A DNA stretch of 64,000 bases from Callorhinchus milii. Its lineage: Eukaryota. Position 1 is the first letter of the stretch. Each line of letters opens with the position of its first letter. Below are positions 26,351-41,235 of the stretch, one piece after another. The notes beneath the pieces are model-generated. The model ran no database searches, was not told the DNA's origin, and was given only the letters and a program-made list of their open reading frames with translations. Location of the stretch: assembly GCF_018977255.1 (NCBI RefSeq), contig NW_024704742.1, positions 51,090,001-51,154,000 on the forward strand, in the 5' to 3' direction. Position numbers and translations under genes: made by a program.

Positions 26351-27496
26351 GGCCTTCAGAAGACCGACAACATACTTTCTTAGTGATGAATATTATCAAG
26401 CAACATTTGAGAAATGGAAGAACTATAGACAAAACGCTGGGTACAAAATAACCCTGAAATTGCATTTGTTTAAAATTTGGAAATATATCTGCAATTCTGC
26501 TATTGGCACACAGCGAGTGGCTGAACATTACATGCTAGAAGGAACAGCTTTTAATTTCAAATTGAACAAGCCTTTTTCCAAGGTGCAAATCTTCCCTTAA
26601 AAATATAATTGAAACAATGCAACATTTAGATTCCCACTCACAAAAAGCTTTACCAGTGCTGAAAATCATTAAACTAATCAAATAATTCTTACCAGATCAC
26701 AAGTAAAGCAAGTTTTGAAATGAACAGCCATGCCAATGTGCTCATTTATGTTTCCAACACATTTTCTAATCGAATGAAAAACAATTACAGAATATACTTT
26801 CAATTGTAATTTAAAAAACAAAAGGCTGTACTCACTTTCTGAGTTTACTGAAAATTCTTACAAAACATGTAGAGTAAATGAATTTGAGACTGCTCCTACT
26901 TAGTGCAGATGAAAACATTTCTACAAATGTTGAGTAGTCAAATTGCTACTCTGCGCTAGATGGTAGATTGTCTGCATATGAACGCAGTCAGTATCTGCAC
27001 ACACAATCTAAAGTGTGTTTTTTCCTTTGGAAAAGTGACAAGATCTTCTGCTGCCGTAGACAATATTTTTTAATTATCTTAAGTAAGGTCTATTTTGAGA
27101 GGGTGGATGCATCAGAGCCAGTCCATTTACAAGTACAATCAATTTAATGGGATTCACACTTAAGAAGTTCTGAAGATCTCTTCTTGGTCGTATATCTTAT
27201 ATGGTAGCTATTGCTGCTAATTGACACATCAATCTTTTTTATTTTACTTAGGGAAAGAGCATCATTTATTACACCCGTTATATTCCTTCTTGAGGTTAGT
27301 TACTTGCTCCACACATCCTTCACATGGTTGAGAAAAGATGGTTCGATAGAAGGCAGCAGCATAAAAATAGACCAGAGAGGATAAATTTTCAAAACCTAAT
27401 TCCACACAGTCTTTCCATAAGTGTGGGTAGTGTCATATGTGAATACACAGCTAATAACAGCACTCATTCATGTCATGTAGACATGCTGTTGTCTGG

Positions 27497-28030
27497 TGTC
27501 AGGCTGGCTCAGTTGGTAGCACTCTCGCCTGAGTCAGGAGATAGTGGATCTAAGCCCCACATTTTCATTCCCCCCACCCCCTCCATTTCATCTGGCACAC
27601 CCGCTCCCTCCATAACCCATAAATGTTGTTATGCTTCTGGAAGGGAAACACAAAAATATTGTTTATGCGACCCGCGGACATTTCACAAATAAGGCATCTG
27701 ACTCTCAGCAGTGAAAAGATTGGACCACCTTGGTCTAGACTGAAGAGCTTCAGAAGACATTGAACTGAGGTCCCATCTGCCTGTTCTGGTGGATGTTAAA
27801 GATCCGTTGGCACTAATCGAGGAGGTACTTTCTACTGATGTCCTTGCAAATGACCTCCAAATAAAATTAAGTCATTCACTTCTAAGGGATACTGCTGTGT
27901 ACAAATTGATAGCCATGATTGTCTACAAAATACATTGTCACTAAACTTTACGGTAAAGCCTGTGAATTGCTTTGATTTGTCGTCTTGATATGCCAGGTGC
28001 TTTATCAAATGCAAAGATTATTATTATCAT
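27497..28030 (+). mobile_element. Deu-SINE with an internal insertion
   Basis: Head at 27497, core at 27755-27850, tail caaatgcaaag(att)n. Confidence 0.65.
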
Positions 28031-29169
28031 CATTAGTTCCACCTTTACGCAAAACAGAAATGTTTCCTGTATTGGTAAAGGTACATTTTGCATGCCTGCA
28101 AATTTTAACAGTTAAGATTTCTGACTGATTCTATTGTGTGTGGCACAAGGTCCCTTTAACAGTTTTTTCTCATGATTGTTTCATGAGCCATATGCTATTC
28201 TCAGTCCTGCACTGCGCATTACATTGAGGATTCTCTTCCCACCTCTGATATATGCCACTGCAGAAGAGATGGTGGACCACACCACATACAAAAGCTCCAA
28301 GCACTAATAAATTCCCAGCAAATGGTTTGAAAGGTTTTCTTTTATGGGATACAGTACATAGGTAGTTTGGGACATACATAGGTAGTTTGGGACGCGATGG
28401 CCAGGAAGGTGGAAGGCGAACTAGATGGATCTTGGTCTTGTTTTGTCTAGCATTTTTTATGTTCTTATGTAAGATGGTTAAAACTGAAGAGGCAGAAAGG
28501 TTTTGTAGTCTACAAAATGCTTTAACTGAGGACTCTCGACTCATTTAAGAACCAAACCAACTTGCTACTGTAAAAAGCTAGGGCTGGTATGGATCAAATG
28601 TACCCAATCTCTGAGGACATTTAATCCACACCGGCTCTACCTTGTTCAACCAAACATTTCTTAATCTTGTTAGAAAAATTCTTAAATAGGTCAATTAGTT
28701 TACAGAAAGCATTGGGTTGATTGTTGATGAAATTGTATTGAATCAAGTACTATATTTTGCAAGACCTCTCTCTTTGACTGTGTGTTTCAGTCACCTTTCC
28801 ACTTCTCACCTTTGGTTCCCACCCTCAACTTGGATGCCCAGCTAACAGTGTCAAACACTCTGAGACATGCCCCAGATGTGAAAGATGACATATAAATATA
28901 TATTGTATTGTATAAAATATTGTGAACGCATGCCATTTAACTTGATGCATTGCGGGTTATCTTGTGATGACGAAATGTTCAAACTAATGTCACATAATTT
29001 GCTTTGGATGTCTGGCACTTGCATTGCATAACGTTGATTTTAAATTGTTCCAAAAACAAAGGATTTTCTTTTCCCCTTCAGAGATGGCTCTTCCACTATA
29101 TTTGATACTGCTGTGACTTAAAGGAATAACTGCACACAGCAATCCTTCGATTCTTTGTAACTATTTTAC

Positions 29170-29384
29170 CTTGAATGACCTGATAAATCTGCCTCCTCTT
29201 CTTCACATCTCTCATCCAGCTCTTTAAGGGCAAGAGTGACATCCTCTTCACAGATTGATTCAGGAGAGCTCTCAGGGGCAGGAAGCTCTTGATATCTCTG
29301 GGATTCCTGCACTTCTTGGTTGCTGGCTGAACCCGAGTCACTAGCGGTGCTAGCCAGTTCATCCTTTATCACTGCTCTGCCATC
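29170..29384 (-). CDS. fryl: fryl exon (DGRAVIKDE...CEEDVTLALKELDERCEEEEADLSGHS)
   Basis: ttgcag / AG|gtaaa, 215 nt, phase 0 to 2. Confidence 0.93.
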
Positions 29385-29775
29385 CTGCAATCAAACACAC
29401 AACTAGAAATATAACACCAACTCTTCTCAGAGTTACTCCAGGCTTGTAGGTTTAATGCCACAGTAGAATACTGTATTAATAAGTTGAAACCTTCAATTCA
29501 TGATAGCTTAAATTTATGGGGGGAATAGATAAAGAGGGGAAATCCTCTAGAGCTGGTAAGCTTTACATTGCTATTTAAGTGCACTGTTCTGATTCAAGAG
29601 CATGTGAGCAGTGAGGTATAGGTTCACAAGTGATTACACGTGACATGCAAGCTCCCAATGTAGGCCACATGCTGAATGAAAGATCATTTACCCGAAGGTA
29701 ATGTTTGGGGTGGGTAGGAAATCAGTGACTGGAACACGTCATTTTCCGGTGGTCAAGGACATCATTTACAACAGT

Positions 29776-29960
29776 GGAGTCTTGTAGCTCAGTGGGTAGA
29801 GCTTTCACCTCGCAAGCGAGAGACCTGGGTTTGATTCCTGGCAGGGCAAAATGTTGGGCAAGTTTCCTTACTCCAAACTCCTCTTTGTCTAGCAGTAAGT
29901 AGGAACCCGGTTGTTAGTCGATTGGCGTATCGCTTTTCCAGGGATAATAATCCCTTCAAA
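29776..29960 (+). mobile_element. tRNA-derived SINE, 5' half
   Basis: ggagtcttgtagctcagtgggtagagc...ttgggcaagtttccttactcc. Confidence 0.8.
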
Positions 29961-32552
29961 ATAAATAAAAATCATTTAAGCGCTCAATCCACTTAGTAAG
30001 AAATATCGAGTGGGCATTCATGATTTGTTTTCCTTCTTTCAACTTTTCAATTAATTGTTCCTTCTTACCAATGCGGCCAGATTGGGTTGTTTATTTAAAC
30101 AGACAAAAACAAATCTTTCTCTCCCCCCTCCCCCCACCGCCTTGTACTAGGTGAGCACCTTAGCTAATTACCAAAATTTATTCGAGTCGAGCAAGAGTGA
30201 CAACCAGCATTAGGATTTGCAGCTGCTGACACCAGTCTGAAAAGCCAGATTTTCACAGATGGAAGCAGCTGCGATTCCGAGACTTTGTTCCGATGATTAG
30301 ACTACTCAAAGACTTTGTTTTCGCTGCTAATTTAATTCTCTGTTCATCATTATTAATACAAGGGCAAAATCTTTCTCTCTGTGTATTGGATGTGCAATTG
30401 GGTTTCTTCTTCTCCTCCAACTTTATAGAGACTACTCTACATCTGTGTTCAAAAGAGATAGATCAGTTCTGTGATGAATTCTTGGAATCTTCAATCTTTC
30501 CGTTTTAATTGATTGGAACAGCCTGTTATAATAAAATAAATAATTCTTGCACATAGTCTTCTAGACGTCTCAAAGCGCTTCACAGAATATACTGTAAAGT
30601 GAATTGACTGTATATTTGTGGGCAAAATGTGACAGCCAACTGCGCACAGTTGTTACACCGGTTTTGATCCACTAAAACTTAGGGATTTTTTTAAAATCAA
30701 AAAGCTGCAAAAACTTCCAAAATGTACAGTGTGAGCTGAAAGAAGAGAAGTGAAAGGTGAAAAAGGTTAGGTAGAAAATAGTAAGTTTTTTTTAAAAAAA
30801 GGAGAAAGAGCAGGAAAGAAAGGGAATAAGAACAAATAACAACAGGATGAGCACTGGTAAAATGTATCAGAGTTTTGCTTTGCATGTTCATTCTGTATTT
30901 AGTTTAGTATGGGTTAAATTACAGTAATAACTATTTGGATGTGTTGAATACCTTTCTTATTGTAATGCTAGTATTTTTCTTTGTTGCACTGTGACCTGAA
31001 ACTTTCAGAAGCAGTCAGAAATATGAGTGTCTGTAAACCTGGTCTAAATGTAAGAGTGTAAGATATTTATCCTCATCAAGATGGGAAAAAAAGAAACGAG
31101 TACAGTCTTTTCCTTTCTGAAACAGAAAATAGAAGTTCTGGATTTAAATTTAGCAAGGATGATGGATTGAATGTTTTTTTCTTCTCTCTACTGAATGTAA
31201 GGGCCTTAGCAGTTTGGACATTCTTAACCCAGTTCCCAATTGGTACAAGCCCATAGAGTATACTTCCTCCATTCTACAAATCATTCCAATCTTATTTAAA
31301 GAGGTCATTGAGCTCTCCACTGCAGACAATTAAAATCTCTCACTGGTGAACACTCTTCTGAGGGTTGGGCTAAGGCAAATTGGGTTCTGATCTGTAAAGT
31401 TCATAATCAGAATTTGCTGCATTAATTGCGACTTTGTTTTTGAATATTGGAAACCGTTTGATTTGAAAAGGGCTAATTGTGAAACCCGAAAGTTGTCAAA
31501 GTTCACAGAGGTACATGTTTTAAAGACATACTTATCTAATTCCAGAGAATATTATGCACAGGCTGGCAAGAGCCAAAGCTTGGGAACCCCAGAGTATGTG
31601 TTAAGAGTATTGCTGGAGCTTGTCATTGAGAGCACTTTCTGGGTAGTTTCCCATTGCCTGTTCAGTTAGGACTACCTACCCATTATGGCTTGCATGGTTA
31701 ACAGGAGCTGAGTGGGAGGAACCTGTGCTCCCAGCAAATGGTCAACCTGATGAAAATACTAGTGTAAAAATGGGAAAATGTTGCACTTTCTGACTTCCTA
31801 GAGTGGAGACTTTGATGAACACCAATATATAGGTAGGGGGGGAAGAGTGAGAATCAATAATAGAAATAGATACCAACTGTACTGACTGACATTGAAATTT
31901 AGCTACAATATTTAACCTAGGAAGAAAATCAAGAAAAATAGTTATATATTAAATTCATCACAATCTTACAGTGGTATAAAAGGGATGTTAGAATACTTAC
32001 ACATCAGGTTTAGCCCCATGAGTGACATTGGGCTTACTCCATGGATTAGATATTTTCACTCTGACACAGATGATATGCTAACTCAGCCAGCCTGAGGCTA
32101 GTACCCACAATTTCAGCACCCAATCATAGAGCAATACCCAAAGCCAAGAAAAGCTGAACATAGCCAAGCTATAATTAGAGGCGTTTTGGAATTAACCGCT
32201 TAGCGAAATCACCATTAACCTTGAAACCCAACAAGATCAGAAGTTAAAGAATACATTTTCATCTTTAAATCACACACAGGAAACTTACTGTACAATTTAT
32301 TATACAAAGGAAGGTTTTTTTTAACCTGCGCTGACAAATCATGTGTCCGAAGGGAAACTCTTTAAAGGATCTTGGGACACATTCATCTCGTGCAATGATC
32401 ACAGGCTAAAAATGTTGAAACATCATATGGTTTTGAGAAGCTGCGATGTCTGATTACGTTTCAGGACAGAAGTGTACAAGGAATAAATAGCATTAAAAAG
32501 ATCCCAAGTCAGCCATGCACCAACCCATATTTCTACCCACATTGCTTCCCAC

Positions 32553-32723
32553 CTCAGGCAGCTGGTTGTTAGCGCTATCTGGAGGAGGTGTCTCTAAATT
32601 TGGAGTCTCAGGTCTGGGGAGTGGTGCTTCCTCGGTCACCACACTGGTTGCTGTGTCTGTTGACTGCAGCAGGGAATCCACATGGTTTGGTACAGCATCA
32701 TCTGTTGCTGAATCATTGTTTAG
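32553..32723 (-). CDS. fryl: fryl exon (LNNDSATDDAVPNHVDSLLQS...NNQLPE)
   Basis: cccttag / GAG|gtggga, 171 nt. Confidence 0.9.
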
Positions 32724-34941
32724 CTAAGGGAAACATACAGTGAATTACAAGTGAGAATAAAACCCATACAAATTTGGAATACTAGTTTTAACTACAATAA
32801 AGGGAAAAATAGTTGTTAACTCATTTACAGGAGGTAACTATTATCTGAAATCCCAGCATTGGAGCAACATGGTGGTCAGGAAACAAACTTTGGTGCCAGA
32901 ACTGAACAATACTAGTGGCAAGTTCTACTGCCTCTAAGCTGGGCCAAACATTCAACTTTTGTAGAACACTGTGTCAGCCAGCTCCAAACCGGCCGAAAAT
33001 TAAGTATTCAAACATACACTTGTACATAAATATCAGATAGTTGAATACAATTCTGTAAACTTTAAAACTCCACAGAACCTAAAAGGCAGTGTTCTTCAGT
33101 TTTAAAAGGGAATATTTAACTGCCATTTCATCACTGCTATTTCCTTCAGTCCAACCAACTCTTAACTAAGGATCCTTGTTACTTTTTTATATTGCAATAA
33201 GAATCCACATTCTAGGTTTTGAATAACTCTCAAGATTGGTTTGCATCATAGACCCAGCTCAGAACAGATCCATCCAGGCCCCAGAGTACTGTAGCATAAA
33301 ATAACAGCCATGTTGTACCCAAGTCCTGATTCCCATTCTCGCTCCTGGCTTGGAGTTTCTCTGTTAACCACAGCAGCATGCACAAAGCAGGCATATGTTA
33401 GTTTAGTTAGTACAGCTTAAGCAGCCACAGTGTTCTTACCCAGTGATCGGCATCCCAAGAATTACAGTGATGAGCATCCTGTGTGGATGCAGCATTTCAA
33501 TATCAGTCTAAACATTATGGGTTGTTTCATGATAAACATTATGGGTTGTTTCATGATTATGTTTGAACAATGCCCATCGCAGTAAACTCAAAGATTCATT
33601 TAAACAATGAAACAGAGTTTGGAAATAGCAGTCAACTTGGATTGCTGATGTCTGAGAGGCAACTGGGAGAACAAGATGACAGGTTAGTTTTCAGTATATA
33701 ATCAAATGCTCTTCTGCACCGAAATCTATTTATGAGAGAATTCCCTGGTCAAAGTTGACTGTCTATCCCTGTGTGTTAGAACAGGCAGACAGGAAACTTA
33801 CAAGACAATATGCAAAAACATCAAACCAAGATTTAAAGTTAAAAATCCATGAACATAAGAATTAGGAATGTTTGTTCTTCTCTTCCACCTTTCTATAAAC
33901 CAGTGGCGCCCAATCCATGGCTCACGAGGGCGCCAAGAAGCGGCCTTGAACAGACGCAGTAGTCTAGGTCAGCCTGTGTTAAATCAATGTTTTGTTTCCA
34001 GTAACTACTGAGAAGCAATATTTGCATAAATCAAGAAATATTCAATCAAGAAAAATGTATTCGGTTGGCCACCACTGCTATAAACAATTAAGTCTCATTT
34101 GACCTCTGGAAATCTAAAGATTTACAGATTAACATATACATTACTTTGCTTGATGAATTTTGTCTAAAATTTGCATTAATATCTCAGAATCCTACTGGTG
34201 TCACTTTTAGCAACAGATGGACACAAAATTTTAGGAGCAAGAATTCACCAAAATTCACTGGCCATGAAGCTCTTATGCTGAGCTGTTCAATAACCTCGCT
34301 TTTTTTGCATCAATGGAAATGGTGATATAGAATACTTCACCACAGACTCTTTGTGGTTTTGGACGATATGGTAATCATTTGAAAAAGTATTATGCTAACA
34401 ATTAAAAATTAGATTGTTTTATCAGTTTTTTGGAGAACCAACGTTTGTTGTAAATTTTAAAAAATCATTGTTAAATTATTTCCTTTAAATCTGTCAGGAT
34501 CGTAATGGTTTAAGCACATGGTGCACAGGAGCAAATGGAGATTAGTCCCACTGTGAAGTTAGTTATGGAAAACTGGCTTAGTCTCCAAACTAAACAAAAG
34601 CAGTATAACAGCTGGAGGCAACAGCTGGCCTAAAAGGACTAGAAAAGGCGTAAATAACAAATTAATTTAAACAAAGAGCAATTTCTGATTGCTCTGATTG
34701 CTCTGTGAACACATTGCTGCATTATTTAGCAGTTTCATAAGAAGAACTGAACATATATTTCCAGTCTGGGATGATAAACTGCACAAATAAGCTGACTATG
34801 GCCCCACCCTGACGAATACTGACAAAATGTGGTTGAAAGCACATGTATTTGTACTTTGTTCTACAAGAACAGCTCGATTTAGAAAAACACATCTTCAAAA
34901 ATAGAAAGCTAGGAATTTAAGGTTGAAACAAATCTCAGCTA

Positions 34942-35283
<342 letters not shown>

Positions 35284-35815
35284 TCATAATCCTGTGTTTG
35301 CAACATCTACTTAAAAGAGTATACAGACATTATAAAACTCATGCCCTCTCATGTAATTGCCCCTTATGTTGGAGGCTACATCTTTCCACTGTGCACAGCT
35401 GTAAATTCCTAGACTGTTTCCTGAAATGCCCACAAGTGATTCAATATGTAATTTACTTGACGATAATAATACACCAAAACATGCAGCCAACAACATAGAT
35501 TAAAAACACATAGAATCACTAAATATGTAGGTTTGGAAGCACATTACCAACTAAAAACAAAATTGTATTTGACATTTTCAGTAAATGTCTACATGAAACT
35601 CCTTACAAGTAAGTTGGATTTTATAATAAAATTGACCCTTTAATTCTGTTTTCTACATTATTGCCTTCATATCTCCTTGAATAACCTACCTCAACACGCA
35701 CACACACACACTTAAACTGAATGTTTAAAGCTCTATGAAATAATATGCATCAACCTATTTAACATTTAGCACACATGAGACAGGAACTCAAACACTGCAC
35801 CAGGCTGCAACTTAC

Positions 35816-35824
35816 CTGCAGCTC
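35816..35824 (-). CDS. fryl: fryl 9-nt microexon (ELQ)
   Basis: ctcttttcttctttgctaaccag|GAGCTGCAG|gtaag; strong pyrimidine tract, TGC motif and consensus donor; in frame. Confidence 0.85.
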
Positions 35825-36579
35825 CTGGTTAGCAAAGAAGAAAAGAGATGAGTGGCGTTAAAAAGTAAGAAAACAGAAATATTTGACACAGTGTAAGAAA
35901 GAGATACACAACTACATCTTGACAAACACTGAATGTGACGGGCACTGATGGGAGTGGACACTGTTCAGTTAACAAAACAGAGTATGTACACATATGATTG
36001 TCTAGTTTGTTACAAACTATATGAATTATTTACGACAGCCTGTGCATTTTTATAAAAGTTATTTTTATAAAATATTTATATAAAAGTTACCAGCAAGCAA
36101 TTGGATGAAGTTAGTGCTATACTGGAGAACATTTTGTATCAAATAGTTTGAATATATTTTACAAAGATCGCCATAAGGATAATCTAGTTAGGAGGACTGT
36201 AGAAGACTAGATTACACTGGAAATGCTGTTAAAACTAACTAATTTTGATATATTTAGAAACATGGAACCATAGAAATGTATAGTAGTTTCTGTGCTGGCT
36301 CTTTTCAGAGCAATCTTTTCAGTCCTATTTACCTGTCCTTTCCCCATACACCTATAGTTTAATCCTTTTGAGCTACTTATATGAGCAAGTCTTCCATCTC
36401 AGTGATTGAGAAAGAGAGATGAGAAATGTCATTCTAATAAGTATTACAAGGTTAGAAGTATGAATGGATGTTTGAGTAAGAAAAATGAAGCTTATCACTT
36501 TGTAATAATGGACTATGACTCCAAAAGTGCTTTTGTTTACATTCAGTATTACCATTATACAATATTGGCCTTAATATTC

Positions 36580-36959
36580 CAGTAACCCCCCCCCCCCCCC
36601 CCCGGCTAACCCGACTGCAAGTGTCCGGAATTTGGAAGTAGCTGGACCCGGTCTGAACCCCCCCCACACAATTCCTTAAGCCAACTATCCACCCCACCAA
36701 TTCCGAACTCCCGCCAGGCCACTTGATTTCCACAGCTTGAGTCCGATTGGTTTTGCCGAGGCATCAACACGACTGCATTGCATCAGTCGTGAATACAGAA
36801 CTATACCATTTGTTTGTCTATTTTATTTACTTAAAATTCATTTTTATTCATTTTAAATGATCTGGAGGGTTTGTTTATTTTAGGATGAACACTTTGGCAG
36901 AAAATCCAGCTAGCCAGTCCGGATCTCTCACATTCGTCCGGTTAACTGGGGTTTTACTG
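36580..36959. mobile_element. Non-autonomous DNA transposon (pogo/Tigger-like MITE), about 380 bp
   Basis: Imperfect terminal inverted repeats CAGTAA(C)n.GGCTAACCCGAC...GTCCGGTTAACTGGGGGTTTTACTG; TA on the right flank; subterminal TCCGGA/AGCTGGA inverted. Confidence 0.7.
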
Positions 36960-37802
36960 TAATCTTTTAAGACTTGGATCAGTCATTGGGAGCAGATTTT
37001 CTTCCCATTCAGTTCCTTTCAACCACCGATCCCCGAGAGCCTCAACTGCCCCACACATGTTCCTTCTCACCACTGGTGGCAGGGCTTTAGCTGCAATGCC
37101 TCCTTCCTCTGGAACTCTTACAAAATCTGTTTTGCTTCCTCACTCCCTGCCTTTAAAAACCTCTGAAAAGCATCAACTCTTCCATGCACAACCTCCTTGG
37201 TCAACATCCTTAAATCTCCATGTTTCCATGCTCGGTATTCACCATTATACCTTGCTCATATAAGTATTGAAAATGTAAAATCTTTTCTCTCCCATCTATT
37301 TGAGATATCTATTCTGTGTGAAACAATGACACAGGTGTAATTTGTTGTTGGAGTGAATGAATACAATTTGAAAAAACAAGTAGGTCTACAATTGAAAATA
37401 ATCAAACATGTCTGGAGTTTGAAAAAAATTTTGTTTGGTAACAATTCCATTACAAACATGAGTCATTCAACCATGGAATTTTTGTAATTTGTTCTCTCCT
37501 CCAAATAAAAGTCCAGAGGCCACAAGGTAGACTCGGATGAAGAAGCACATTTGGCCCCATTGGATCATATCCTTCTAAAATACCTACCATACATTTTTAA
37601 GCTGTTTCTTAATTGAGTCAGAATCTTGGCAACTTGCACCGTTTCTGGTAACCTGTTTCAGATTACTCTCTAAAGAAATATCTTGCTGTGACTGTCCTAA
37701 ACTTGCCCTTCATATCCTTGGCCTGCTACCTTATTTTCCTTTTCTGACAGTGGATTTGAAGACATGCAGTAAAAGATCTTGAGACATTATTAGTTGTCGT
37801 TA

Positions 37803-38120
<318 letters not shown>

Positions 38121-38996
38121 TTACGACTGACATATGCAGAAAAAAGCAACTCTGTTTTTGTAAACCATTATGAAAGGGAAAAATAATAGAAGAGAACACA
38201 AGACATGACATTTGTAGAGGTACCTACCTTCTCCTTGCGATGCTCAAAGAACAGTCTCCAAATGAGTGAGATTTTATTCCAAATGAAGACCTGGGGTTGC
38301 CTTGTACTACATCCTGACTCGATTCAGATTAGTTCAGCTACTCTGTCATACACCAGCTCCAGTTTAGCTCATCAAAAAGTAATTTATTTCATTCATTTAT
38401 TACATTTTGCATTCTCCTTATGCCCAGCATTTGATTTCCCTCACATTTTCTTTGTCTTTTTTCAGGAAGCCTCTGCTTTCCCTTTCCTAACAAAATGATT
38501 GCATATATACTGTGTGACCTAACGGCACAGTTAGGCTGACAGCTTTCTGCACCACTTATTTTGGTTCCATCCCAAGAAGGCTGAAAGCCAGAGTGAAGTA
38601 CGGTGGATAATCAGGCCACAGATAATAAGGTTTCAATGCAAACTCTTTTCTTTCACATCTATTCTCCTCTTGCCATTCATTATTCTTTGACATCAACCCA
38701 TGAGAATGGTGCTCTGAGGCTTGTTACTAAAATGTATATATAAACCATTTTCAGAGCCTCCTCCAAAACAGATGGTTTAAAAGTAAAACAAGATTTTGAA
38801 AACATGTTTATACACTATAATGATTGCAAATAAATTATACCTGAAAAGGGTTTATTAAATATTTACACATACATCTACCACTGAAGGCGGAAGGTAAAAT
38901 TGCTGAGTTGCCCATTGGAAAAATAAGTTGCGGTGAAGAAAGGATTTTGAAAACTGTAAGTAGAAATGTATTTCGTAAAATCCAGGTTTTACTTAC

Positions 38997-39071
38997 TGAT
39001 GGGTTCTTGGGAAGACCAACGTCTTGACCACAAAGTGAGAGCACATTCATTAGTTTCTCTCTCGTCCGCCT
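38997..39071 (-). CDS. fryl: fryl exon (RRTREKLMNVLSLCGQDVGLPKNPS)
   Basis: cattttag / TCA|gtaagt, 75 nt. Confidence 0.95.
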
Positions 39072-39568
39072 CTAAAATGAGACAGTGTACAAAAGAGTAA
39101 AACATTTCAACTCTAATTCTAATAAGTCAAACTTAAATGCCTCAAGGTTTGAATATAATCAAGCAACTTTTGTCAGTCTATTTTCAGCTTCATCTTAATC
39201 GATCGGCAACCAATGCCAAAATGTTGTCCGGTGCTCATTGTTCTTTTTCACTCTTGACGTCACAAACCCATTGTTCTTCATTGGGCTAATGATCTCCTCA
39301 CATAGTGATACCACATAGATCTACAGATAGATTATGAGATCATTTTGTTGTTCTGTGCTTATCTCACCAAACATTGTTGCTGACTATCATTTTCTAGGTG
39401 TGTAGATTTGGGGATTATTCCAGAGGACAAGAGAGGGGTAAAATCAAATTATAAGGGGAAGAGCACACCTCAGGTTAATTATAGATAAACTGCGTGAACT
39501 GATAATGAGAAATATTATTGCTGAACATTTAGAAAAGATAAAGTTGATAAGCAATATCCAGCATGGTC

Positions 39569-40667
<1,099 letters not shown>

Positions 40668-41022
40668 TCACTTAGAGCAATGGCTTTGTGAATTCTGTAT
40701 TGGTTACACACTATAAACATTCAGATGCTCAAGGTAGGATCAGCAATTGCAGGTTTAGTTTAGAGTGGAAGGGTTTCCATTTTCAAATACATTTTCAGTA
40801 GTGTGTTACCACAGTGATATAAATACTTAGTTATTGAGTCAAATTGAATTATATTATACAAATAATGCAAAATCAAACAGTGCGGCACTGCATTTGGAAA
40901 TACCAAACAAAAAATCCTGAAACTAAAATCATTAGCAGGGACGATTAGAGCAGGTTTAAAAATACTTGATATTGGATGTATCAATGACAGGTACAGTTAT
41001 TTGTAAGCCTCGTGAAATTTCA

Positions 41023-41235
<213 letters not shown>

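Noticed and set aside
28355..28394. Short direct repeats (20 nt here; also 33509-33556, about 48811-48851 and 51423-51460)
   Set aside because: Only two or three adjacent copies with no unique spacers; slippage duplications, not CRISPR or satellite arrays
30000..30530. Possible decayed coding fragment of another retroelement
   Set aside because: No diagnostic motif could be read; I cannot support a call without a homology search
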